Source of the DNA: Camelus dromedarius
Lineage: Eukaryota
NCBI RefSeq assembly: GCF_036321535.1
Contig: NC_087437.1
Coordinates: forward strand, 99,078,001 to 99,142,000
Direction: 5' to 3'
Length of the DNA stretch: 64,000 nucleotides
Part shown: piece after piece, positions 51,030-62,108 of the stretch
How positions within the stretch are numbered: the first letter of the stretch is position 1
Layout: every line of letters begins with the position of its first letter
Translations under genes and position numbers: made by a program
The notes under the pieces: model-generated
The model's input: only the letters and a program-made list of their open reading frames with translations
The model's database searches: none
What the model was told of the DNA's origin: nothing

Positions 51030-51410
51030 AATATTTTATTTATTTACTTGTTAATTTATGAAGTACCATTGGCTTGTAATATTATGTTAGTTTTAGGTAT
51101 ATAACATAATGATTTGATATTTTTATAGATGATACCCCATATAAAGTTATTATAAAATATGGCTATACTCCCTGTGTTGTACATTACATCCTTGTAACTT
51201 ATTTACTTTATATCTAGTTGTTTGTGCGTTAACCCCTACCTTTATCTTACTTGTCCTCCACCTCTCTCCTCTCTGGGAACCACTAACTAATTTACTCTCT
51301 GTGTCTGTGAGTCTTTTTCTGTTTTGTGATATTTATTGCTTTGTTTTATTTTTTAGATTCTACATATAAATGAAAACACACAGTATTTGCCTTTCTCTGT
51401 CTGACTTTTC
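51030..51410 (-). mobile_element. L1 3' end (L1MA/cetartiodactyl-type), antisense
   Basis: tatgttagttttaggtatataacataatgatttgata...tccctgtgttgtacattacatcc...ttttagattctacatataaatga...cagtatttgcctttctctgtctgactt. Confidence 0.85.
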
Positions 51411-51669
51411 TTATATAAAATTTTACTGAACTATTAGAATATAAAAGCTGGGGAAAACACACATTTATTAAATTCACTGCAGAATCTAAAGTAAAATTCA
51501 ATTCTCTTCTCACCCACTGCCCCATCTGTATGTATATTTTTATCCAAATCACTTAAAGTAAAAAATATTCAGGTTGAATTAAAGAAGAAAGGTAGACTGG
51601 GAGGGCTGACTAACAAGCAGCCTATATCTTAGCATCATTCCTCACACTGAACTTTGTGTGCTATACTTC

Positions 51670-53722
51670 ATTCAGATAAGTGCCCAGAAGTGCAATTGCT
51701 AGGTTGTATGGCAGTTACATGTTTAGTTTCATAAGAAACTAACAAATTGTTAAAGGCCGTGTTATTTTATATTCCCACCAGTGATCTGTGGGTGATGATT
51801 TCCCAGATCCTCATCAGCATTTGATGTTGTCACTATTTTTCATTTTAGTCCTTCTGATAGGTGTGTGCTGACATCTCATGTTGGTTTTAATTTACATTTC
51901 CCTAATTGCTAATGATGCTGACCATTTCTATGTCTTAGTTTCTGTCCATATAGGCTCTTCAATGAAATGTTTGTTCATGTCTTTTGTCACTTTCTAATTG
52001 GATTGTTTTATTACTGTTGAGTTTGAGACTTCTTTATCTATTTTAGATATTAACCCTTTGTTAGATACGTGTTTTGAAAATATTTCCACCAAATCTGTAG
52101 CTTGTCTTTTCATAAAATTTTTTTAACTCACAGAAGTTTTACATTTTGATGTGATCTAATTTATCAGTTTTTGTATTTAAGTATCGTGTTTTTGGTATCA
52201 AGTCTAAGAACTCTCTGTCTGCTCCAGGATTCTAAAGATTTTCTCATGTGATTTTAGTTCCCCCAAAGGTTTTATAATTTTACATTTAAGTTTGTGAGCT
52301 GTTCTGACTTAATTTTTGTACAAAATGTGAGGTTCGGTTTAGTATTCAAATTTTTTGATCTTGGATGTCTGGTTTCTCTAGTATCATTTGTTGAAAAGTC
52401 CTCCTCCATTGAATTGTTTTTGTACCTTTGCAGAAAATCTGTTGGCAGAATAATATTTCATTGTTTGGTTATATTACATTTATTTATCTATTCATCAGCT
52501 GATGAACATTTGAGTTGTTTCCATGTTTTGGTTTCTGCCAATAATTATGCTATGAACAATTGTGTACAAGTGTTTGTGTGGACATGTTTTCATTTCTCTT
52601 GGACATATATTTAGAAGTGGAATTACTGGGTCTCATGTGTTAACTCTATGTTTAATATTTCGAGGAACTGCCAAACAATTTTCCAAAGCGGGCTGCACCA
52701 TTTTACATTCTGACCAGCAATGTGTAAGGGTTCCAGTTTCTCCACATCTTTACCAATACTTATTATTATCTTTTTCATTATAGCTATTCTAGTGGATGTG
52801 AAGTAGTATCGCATTATGGTTTTTATTTGTATATTTCTAATGGCTTATTATGTAGAACATTTTTTTTGATGTGCTTCTTGGTCATTTGTGTATTTTCTTT
52901 GAAGAAATGTCTATTCACATCCTTTGCCCATTTTTTAAAAAACTTGAGCTGTCTCTTTATTATTGAGTTGTAACTATTTACGTATTTTGTATGATTCCCT
53001 TATCAGATATATAATTTACAATTATTTTCTCCTATTCTGTCAATTGTCTGTTTTGCTTTCTTGATGATATTGTTTGCAGCACTAAAGTTTTTAATTTTGA
53101 TAAAGTTTAATTTATCTAATATTTCTTTTATCTCTTGTGCTTTGATGTCATACTTCTGAAGGTTTTGCATAATCCAAGACCATGAAGATTTACTCCTATA
53201 TTTTCTTTAAAGCCTTTTATAGTTTTAGCTCTAACATTTAGGTCCATAATAATTTTGAGTTAATTTTTATTTATGGCGTAAAGAAGGGTTCCAGCTTTTT
53301 TTTTTTTTTTTCTTTTTCATGTGGTTATTCAGCTTTTCCAGAACCACATGTTGAAAAGACTTTTTTCTCCTTTGAATCGTTTGGCACCCTTGTTGAAAAT
53401 CAATGAACCATACATGTAAGAGTTTATTTCTGGGCTCTCAATTCTATTCCATTGATCTGTATATTTATCCTTAAGCCAGCACTACTGTGTGTTGTTTATT
53501 GTAGGTTTGTAGTAAGTGTTAAGATCAGGAAAAGTGATTCCTCCTTTTTTCTTCTTCCTCAGGATTGTTTCAGATATTCTGGATTCCCTTCTGTTACACA
53601 TAAATTTTATGATCAGCTTGTCAAACTCCAAAAAATAAAAATGAAACAACTGAGATGTTAATAAGGGTTGTATAGAATCTGTAGATTAGTTTTTTGGAAG
53701 ATTGTCTTCTTAACAATATTAA
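51670..53722 (-). mobile_element. Two tandem antisense L1MB-type ORF2/3' fragments (~51670-52447 and ~52448-53722)
   Basis: The same L1 landmarks recur twice (attcccacca/attctgacca, ttttaattttgat, ttgttgaaaag). ORF 52623..52814(-) has the L1 ORF2 C-terminal motif GKDVEKLEPLHIAGQNVKWCSPLWKIVWQFL. Confidence 0.85.
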
Positions 53723-53727
53723 CTTTG

Positions 53728-54010
53728 TATTGATTTTTGACAAATGTTCCAAGGCAATCCAACTGGGAAAGTCTGGTCTTCTCAATAAATGGTACTGGAC
53801 CATAGACTTCAATACAATAGATAAAACTATGGCACTTCTAGGGTAAAACATAAGAGAAAATTTTTATGACCTTAGGTTAAGCAAAGATTTCCTAGATCTT
53901 ACATCAAATGCATAATTTATAACAACAAAATTTTATAACTTGGATTTGAACAAAGTTAAATGACCTTTAAATGACACCATTAAGAAGTTTAAAGACAAGC
54001 ACATAGGGAG
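53728..54010 (+). mobile_element. L1 ORF2 fragment, sense
   Basis: ttgatttttgacaaatgttccaaggcaatccaactgggaaag...cttctcaataaatggtactgg...aaaacataagagaaaatttttatgaccttagg. Confidence 0.8.
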
Positions 54011-55139
54011 TACTACAATGGATACTGACTCTTTATCTGTCTTCTCTAATGGATGCTACTTTTTCATGTATATTCCTGAGTCAAAGGAGGACTGGTTCCT
54101 TTGTATTGCCTGTTCCTTAGCTCATTATTCTGTATTTCAGTCACTGCTATGCTTTAATTGATCCTCCACCTCAATATTCTTGGTTGACTCTTTCATGCCC
54201 ATCAGTTTCCTTATTAAAGATTAGTTTAACACTAATGTTTAAACAGTGTTCAACACAGCTGTATTCTAGCCACTTATAATAAATATATTATGTTATTCTC
54301 CCATTTCTGTGAAGATGGGCATGGTTTGAGTGGAATGTGTGATCTGTATGTTCAGATAGGATTTAAAAGGCCAATTTTCACAGGTGGACTATTATGCTTT
54401 GGATTGTAACTATAGTCTTTCTCCAAACACGTGTCACTATAGTCACTACCTAAGTGTCCCTCACAATTAGAACATGACTCATGGCATTTTTTTGTTTGTT
54501 TGGTTGGTTTTTGTTTTTGTTTTTGCCCATAGGCTTTGCTTAAAAATACAGCTCAATGAAATTTCTCATGGCTACAAAACATTCAGTTCTGTTGCAAACA
54601 GTGACTTTCCACCTATTAGGTACTGCTTATGACTGAGTTTCAATGAATCTCTACATGTTTTTTTTCCTCTTTAGTTACAGTTGTCCATTTTTATCCTCAG
54701 TATTGCAAGTAAATTTATTCTACTGCCAATATTTTTACATGTCCAATAATTCTATAGCATTAACTCATTTTCTGATGAAAGACTTTTTACTATACTCGAC
54801 TAGTAATGGTAATGTTAGAGGAAACTGAATAAGTCACAGAAGAAGAAGCTTCAATATCAAGAATTCAAGTTCTTCTTTTTAATAAGCAATACAAAATAAA
54901 AAATATATAAAAATTGTGTCTTTCATTGTATTCTCACATTCTTATGGTTTATGATACATCTATGAAATAATTTTTGAAAATCTTAGCTGATTTTCACTGG
55001 CAGTTCATGTCTCTACTTTTGGTAGTTATTCCTTAAAAGGTTAACCTAACATGGCAGGAGGGTGCCATATCTGTGACTTAAGCCAAAAGTCAGATTCAAA
55101 ATGATGGTTCCTAATTATAGTTTTATTTGCCATAACTAG

Positions 55140-55201
55140 GATGATGATGATAATGTGGATAATGATGATAATGTGGATGATGATGATCATGTGGATGATA
55201 A
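55140..55201. repeat. 18-bp minisatellite (GATGATGATGATAATGTG) x ~3.4
   Basis: Units GATGATGATGATAATGTG / GATAATGATGATAATGTG / GATGATGATGATCATGTG / GATGATAA read directly. Confidence 0.9.
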
Positions 55202-56559
55202 CTTTTGCTATGGAGTGATTGTGGCCATGTTGTTCTTAAATGCCATCCTGGGAACTCTTTTTCAGAATTACAGAGTCCAGAACAATAGTCTGGAAAGTCA
55301 TCTATAAAAGAGGCATCAATCACCAGAATAATGATGTGCATGCTGTATTTTAAAAGTTTACTGTTTCAGATGGCAACATTTTAGATGTGCCCTTTATATA
55401 CCTTTCTATTTAATAAAGTTAGCTAAATTAAATTTCCATTAGATACTTTTCTTAAATCAATAGACAATTCCATTCACCTGGATCTGCTATGAAGTCATTC
55501 CATTTCAGTGCGTACCTCATCAGGAAGAGAGGAGCATAGTACGTTTAGCTGTTATTAGGTTATGATACTATTCTGGTAAATGATGTCTCTCTCTCCCCAT
55601 TTCACCATGTACCATTCTGGGGTCTAAGGGTTTGGGGAGGTGTTTTTCTTAGTCACACTGCAATCCAACTACTGTATTATTACTTCTCTCTTAAAGCATA
55701 TCTTGAAATGCAATTACAAAAACTTCAGTGTTTGCTCAACAAAGAGAAAATGTGAGTTATAATTAAAATCTTCAAGGTACAGCATTTTTAACATGTAACC
55801 CTTACATGTAACAAGTAATTGGCCCTTTTGAATCCTTGTTACTAGTTACTCATTAAAATACATTGTTTTTAACTAAGATTCAAAGAGTAATACATTAAAA
55901 TGACTATAAATGGAGATGGATTGTACTCTAGTATATTACAAAATTCTGGTTTTTTAAGGAATAACTAAATAGAACCTTGATTTTCTGCTCTGTGTTTAAT
56001 AAGTCTGACTTTTAGTTAAAACAATTATTCTCAAGTTACTTCCTCCCTATGATGGTGAGCAAGTTGGACACCTGAAATAGTAATAGGATTTGGGTCCCAG
56101 AACTAAAGACACAGAATCTTGTGTTTATTCAGTCAATGATGTTAATAGTTTTGATGCCTCATGAGACAGTCAGGAGTAACAGAATAAAGTTAAAGTGAAA
56201 AAATATTAGCCAACACAGTGAATAGTTTTTATTGAAAAACATTTGTATTTGACAACAAAAAACCCGCACGATTTTCTTGTGTTTTAATCATGAACACTTA
56301 ATTGTTCCTCAGCCACAGGGGTTGAAGGTATAACTTGAGTTTTATAATATACATATTTGTTTATTTAACAACCTGTTGCTATGAGAATGGCTTAAACCAA
56401 TAAATTACCTCAGACACTGAGGCTTGAAAACTTCCTTAAATCATAAATATATAGTATACAATAAAATTTTGAACAATCACAATATTTTTATAACTTTTAA
56501 ACCTTATCTTATTACAAAATATGCCTTTAGAAAATATAATTAAGCAAAAAAAAAAAAAA

Positions 56560-56705
56560 AAACCCAAATCACTCACAATCCTACTACCCAGAGATAAACA
56601 CTGTTAACCATGTCTTCTATATCATTAAAGTTTAAAAATCTGCACCCATATTTCTCTAACACAACTGGAATTATTATGTACATGTTATTTTATACTATTT
56701 TTTTA
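56560..56705 (-). mobile_element. Old L1ME 3' end fragment
   Basis: aaatcactcacaatcctactacccagagataaacactgttaac. Confidence 0.6.
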
Positions 56706-57289
56706 AGTTTGATTAAATTTAAGTATCTCTTGACCTTTTGTGCCTTTGGGTAGAGATGCGGGTATGGTAACCTCTCTAATCTTTCTGGCTTTGGCCTTGA
56801 CATTCTCTACTAGATGTCAAGTCTTACTCAAGTTGAAGTAAAGTAAAGTTATGCCTGAGAATATTCTAGTGGTTACTCCATTTGTTCCTAAGGTGCTCTT
56901 TTACATTCCTTGCCCAGCAGTCCCTGGTATCACCATGTTCTGCTGGTACTACCATCATATCCCACTTGACTGCTACAGAACGTTACTGTGCCCACCAGTC
57001 TTCTCTCCCGTTTCACAGGGCATTGCCACTGATGTTAGGAGGTCTCTCAGGGAAAATAATGCAGGAAATTCAATGGCACAGTGTAAAAGCCTGCCTTTGC
57101 TCTCTTTATGTTATGATCTGTTAGAGGGATAGTAAACAAATATATACGGTACTACCCCAGTGTTGCAAGAGAGAAGTAGTAAAACAAATTACTAAACATA
57201 AAATAGTAAAAGTAGTAAAATAAATAGTAAAAGAGTAAAATGCAGCCTTTTAAACTGATACTTATGATAAGTTTTAGTATATTATTTTT

Positions 57290-57608
57290 TAATATATTTC
57301 TCTGTGCTATATAGTATACCCTTGTCTCTTAATCTATTTTATATATGGTAATGTGCATCTGTTAATCCCATACTCCCAATTTATCCCTCCCCCTCCCCTT
57401 CTCCTTTGATAACCATAAGTTTGTTATCTATGTCTGAGTCTGTCTGTTTGTAAATAAGTTCATTTTCACTATGTTTAGATTCATATGTGTGATATTATAT
57501 GATATTTGTCTTTCTCTGTCTTACTTCACTTAGTATAATAATTTCTAGGTCCACCCATATTGCTGTAAATGGCATCGTTTCATTCTTTTTTATGGTTGAG
57601 TAATACTC

Positions 57609-57656
<48 letters not shown>

Positions 57657-58060
57657 ATATGTATATGTATGTATACCAAATCTTCTTTATCCATTCCTCT
57701 GTTGATGGACACTTAGGTTGCTTCCATATCTTGGCTATTATAAATAGTGTTGTTATGAACATTGGGGTGCATGTGTCTTTTTGAATTAGAGCTTTTGTAT
57801 TTTCTGGATATATGCCCAGGAGTGGGATTGCTGGATCACATGGTAACTCTATTTTTAGTTTTTTAAGGCAGCTCCATACTGTTTTCCATAGTTGTTGCAC
57901 CAATTTACATTCCCACCAACAGTGTAGGAGGGCCCCATTTTCTCCTCAACTTCTCCAGCATTTATTATTTGTAGACTTCATTTATGATACCTCATTATAG
58001 TTTTGATTTGCATTTCTCTATGAGATAGTGATGCTGAGCATCTTCTCACGTGTTTTTTTT
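57290..58060 (-). mobile_element. Relatively young L1 3' fragment (ORF2 C-terminus + 3'UTR)
   Basis: ORF 57580..57903(-) [29 protein letters not shown]...CTPMFITTLFIIAKIWKQPKCPSTEEWIKKIWY is the L1 ORF2p C-terminus. Confidence 0.93.
57614..57674. repeat. Compound microsatellite (TG)18 + (TATATG)n inside the L1
   Basis: Read directly: TG run at 57614-57649, then tatatgtatatgtatatgtatgtat. Confidence 0.95.
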
Positions 58061-58749
58061 GGTATTCTATTAAATGGCCAAATTACATGTATCATCAGAC
58101 TTTGCGAAGTTGGAGGCATCTGCCATCCTGAAGGTGTTCCAGGCCCCAGCTCAACACAACAAAACAGAGTGAACAGAACACACTGTTTTGTGTAAAGAGA
58201 GTGACTGTTTACAAGACAATGACATGAGAGGATCTTTCCTAATTCAGTTCTTTTTATAAAGTCTCCCCCGTTCTCCAACACTGTGGCCCAGGTGTCTGAG
58301 CATGTCGTCTTGTTCTTGACTTTTTTCACATCTCCCTTTTCTTGGGGTTTCAATAAGAATATTAGGGGAAACGAGCTTCCTCTTGAGTGTGCCTCAGTTA
58401 ACGTAGGCCTTACATGTCACCTGAGAAAAGGCTTAGGTGGTGATTTGGAGGTCAGGTTAAATAACATTTTGTTCTCAAGTGCTTTCCATGGGTATCTGCT
58501 AAAGCCTTTATATAGTTAACATTTCTTATTCCAGGAGACCAGTTTCCTGGTGATAAAGATTACGGTGTTGCTGTTTAAAAATACATTTCCCAAGCTGTCC
58601 CCCGGAGATTGGTATGCAACAGGTGTTAAGAAGCATTCCAGGAGACAGGCATCATCAGGCAAGTGTGGAAAGCATTTTTCTCACAGTGCTTATTACCTTC
58701 CCTTTGCTTGTACACCTCCTCAGTTTACAATCCTGACTGGACTTTAGAG

Positions 58750-58860
58750 TCACTTGGGTCTCACTCCCAGAAATTCTAGTTTAATTGGTCAACAGTTAGA
58801 CCTAGGCATTGAATTTTTAAACAGATCTTTTGGTGATTCTAAGAGTATTGACAACCATTA
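58750..58860. mobile_element. MER5-family (hAT-Charlie) fragment
   Basis: tgggtctcactcccagaaattctagtttaattggtc...cctaggcattgaatttttaaa...ggtgattctaa. Confidence 0.6.
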
Positions 58861-59608
58861 CCTTAAGAAATGCAAATAGCAGATGCTTTGTAGTCATAGA
58901 AATTATTTTACTGTGAGTGTTCTCTGGAACACCTAATATAGATTTTTCAGTCTGTTGAGATTGCCTTTAAAATTGAAACTTGCCAGACAGATTTGAGGTT
59001 CTTTTACAAAATGATTTTCATCATTTTTCCAAAAAAAAATTACTGTTCTCTTCATCTCTCATACCTAAACATGTTGGGTTTCAATTTATCTTTGTTTATC
59101 TGCTCTGCCTCCAGTTTTAAAAGAAAATTTGTCATGTTTGCTTGTTGTGTTTTTAAGTATGAAACTATGTGATTAGATCCATTTTAGGATTTGGGGGATG
59201 AAAACATGTTTGAAATAACTGCTATTTAGGTTGCAGTAGGCATAACTTAAAACATGCAAACCCACAATGAGGTGATTTGAGGACTGAGTTTTTCCACTTG
59301 CTGTTGTTGGGGCCAAGTCAACATCTGTCACTCTTTGAATGAGCCCTATGGATGTATTTGCTCTGGCATTGGTGGCCAAACTAACTCTACCACTTTGGGC
59401 AAGAAGCTCACTACATTTATTCTTACTGGTTGACAGTTTTATTTGTGGTCCCTATTTAAAATGGAGAAATTGAGCCCAGCCCTTAAAACTTTGGCTTTGA
59501 CAAAACTGCTTTGGACAAGATACAGAGGGCTAAAGAAGGAGAGGCTGAAAGTTTTCCTTAATAAACCTTTCCTCTGTAAAGTTGGCACACTGTAACCTGC
59601 TAAATGGT

Positions 59609-59628
59609 GGGCAAGTTCAAGCATGTTG
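59609..59628. promoter_or_regulatory. Candidate p53/p63/p73 response element GGGCAAGTTC-AAGCATGTTG
   Basis: 19/20 match to (RRRCWWGYYY)x2 with zero spacer and both CWWG cores intact, in apparently unique sequence. Confidence 0.5.
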
Positions 59629-60471
59629 TTCAATGCCAGCATGAGCTAGAATTTCTTTACCAGTGAGCACACTGGCTCCTTGTCACTCACAGTGTCAGTG
59701 CTTTTCAGTCACATATCCCAGAAGAACCTCCTTACACTTTTGAAGTTTAATAAATATCAGTTTGTGGCTTTGGTTTATGTGTGGATAGCCATATGTGGCT
59801 TCATAGGTGCTTGTAGCTGTTTGTAAACTCTTTTTCTTCTAGGTACAACTTTGAATAATGAATCAGCCATCAGAAAATGTTAAAGAATGTCAAAGCGAAC
59901 AACTTGTAACAAGAAAGAAAAAGGCTTCTCCAATCTTTACAGTTTTAATCCTTGCATTTCTGGGATATGAATAACAAAGTAAAAATGTTTTTTAAAAAAA
60001 AATAAGACAAGGAAAAAAATGTCAGTCATGGATTGCAAGGTTTATCCTAAAGGAGATTCTCAGCCAACAGGAATGGCAGTAGAGAAGTAATAAATATTAT
60101 ATTAATTTAAGCATGATTTTTGTCTTTATTGAAACATGAAGTGGCAGTTGAATTTATGAGTGTGACATAAACTGTCTTGTTCTCTTTCAAGAATTGGAAG
60201 GATATTCATTTTTGGTAGCATCCTATTTATGTAAATTTAACCCTTACTTCACCAAAACCCATCTAACAATGCTTCCCTTCTAGATTACTCCTAGAAGAAT
60301 GTTGGACACACCAGACACTTGACAATTGTGAAGTCCCAGGCCCTGATCACTTCCTGACCTTAGCAAGGTGACCTGTGGACCTATCAGTTCTCCACTTTTC
60401 ATGGACATCATCTGGGCTCTCCCAAACTTCACCCTACAAATAACTGTTGAAAAATATAAGTTCTTGGTAAG

Positions 60472-60880
60472 ATTCATTCAGTGATGTATCAATATTTATA
60501 AAGGGTCTATATGTTACAAGCCAGACACTGTTCCAGGTGCTGGAGATACTCAGTGAACATAGGAGATAAACATTACTTTCTTGTGTAAGTTATATTTTAT
60601 TAGGAGAAGAGAGAAATAACACTCAATGAATGTAATAAATGAATAATATAGCACATTGGATGTTGCTAAGTGTCATGGAATAGAAATTGTGCAGGAATAA
60701 GGCCAATTCAGACAGTATAGGTGATGGTAGTTTGCAATGTTCAATAGAGTGGTCGGGATAGGGCTCTTTTAAAGAACAAAACGTGACAAAGACTTGAAGA
60801 AGGTGAGTGAGAGAGTCACCTGGCTATCTGGGGGAGGTGTGTTCCCGACAGAGTGAAAAGCTGCCTTGAGGTATGGAACT
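60472..60880 (-). mobile_element. L2 3' fragment
   Basis: attcattca...gccagacactgttccaggtgctggagatactcagtgaaca...aaagacttgaagaaggtgag...tatctggggaggtgtgttcc. Confidence 0.85.
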
Positions 60881-61313
60881 GTAAGTTTCAAGTTTCAAAG
60901 GCATGAAAGGAAAACAAGGATTTAAAAAGAAGCTGGTGTCATGTCTGGCTGGGTCATAAGGGGAAGTGGATAATTATAGGCAGAACGTAGATGATTGAAC
61001 ACTGTGTTTGCTGTGTTAAGGTATTTAGGCTTTGGGGTCAGCTCATCTTCCATCAAGGATGAGTCAATAGGCGGGATTCTTTGTACCTGCCAAAGACCTT
61101 TGGACAGAGGTGATATTCAATATATGTCTAATGAATGGAGACATGTTTGGTTACAGAAAACTTCTACTAATAAAGTGGTGTAGGAACTATAAGAAATATA
61201 AACTCGTGTGTACACAAGAAAGAATATTAATATTAACCTTAACCAAAGGTGACTGTTTCCTAAAAATTTCTTTCCTTTTTCACACAAAAAATTATGTGAG
61301 TGAATTGTACATC

Positions 61314-61965
61314 TATAAATAGTTTCTTATTGCTGTCATAACAAATTATCATAAAGTCAATGGCTTAAGACAATACAAATCTATGACCATACAGTTCTAT
61401 AGGTCATATGTCCAGAATGGCTTAACTGGTTTCTTTGCCCTGTGTCTTGTCTCACAAAGCTGAAATCAAGCTACCAGTGATCTGGGATCTTACCTGGAAC
61501 TTCTGAGAAAGAATCGACTTCTAAGATCTGTCAGGTTGTTGGCCGACTTCAGTCCCTTGTGGTTGTACTGACCAAGGTCTCCACTTCCTTGTCGGCTGTC
61601 AACTGGTATTTTCTCGCCTCTCCTAGAGATCCTTCTCAGTCCTTGTACGTGGGCCCCTACATCTCAGAGTCAGCAACAATGTGCAGTTGAACACTCCTCC
61701 TGCTTAGAATCTCTCTGACTTCCTCTTTCTGCTGTATCTCTTGTCTTTTTCTTCTAATGCATTTCTCAAGCTCACCCTTTAACACTTTTCTTTATAGAGT
61801 TGTATTGAGTCCATCCTGATAAACCAGGATAATCTCCTTGTTTGAAGGTCAGCTGATTAATAACCTTAATTGCACCTGATAACCATGCCTAGCTAAATGT
61901 TTAAATATTCATGGAATGGAAATCTTGGATGGTGCTGGTGTATTTTTAGAGTTCAGCCCACCACA
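61314..61965 (-). mobile_element. MaLR solo LTR (MLT1E-like), full length
   Basis: tagtttcttattgctgtcataacaaattatc...tcaggttgttggccgacttcagtcccttgtggttgta...ttagagttcagcccaccaca, with 5-bp TSD acatc/atatc. Confidence 0.88.
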
Positions 61966-62093
61966 ATATCACACCTTAGGTTGACTCATGCCTGAATATT
62001 GGTGGTCTTTTTACAGTAGGACAGCGTCAAAAATCTACCTGCACAGGTTTCGGTGGCAACCACAAAACCTGTTCTATGGGGAAAAACTGAGAC

Positions 62094-62108
62094 AGAGGAA
62101 GTGACTCA
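62094..62108 (+). promoter_or_regulatory. Candidate ETS/AP-1 composite element AGAGGAAGTGACTCA
   Basis: ETS/PU.1 site AGAGGAAGTG overlaps the consensus AP-1 site TGACTCA, with further AP-1, RUNX and FOX motifs nearby. Confidence 0.5.

Noticed and set aside
55123..55341. His-rich 72-aa ORF resembling a metal-binding peptide
   Set aside because: The His/Pro/Tyr periodicity is just the translation of the 18-bp GAT-rich tandem repeat.
57580..57903. 107-aa ORF with real protein similarity
   Set aside because: Remnant of the L1 ORF2p C-terminus interrupted by a microsatellite, not a host gene.
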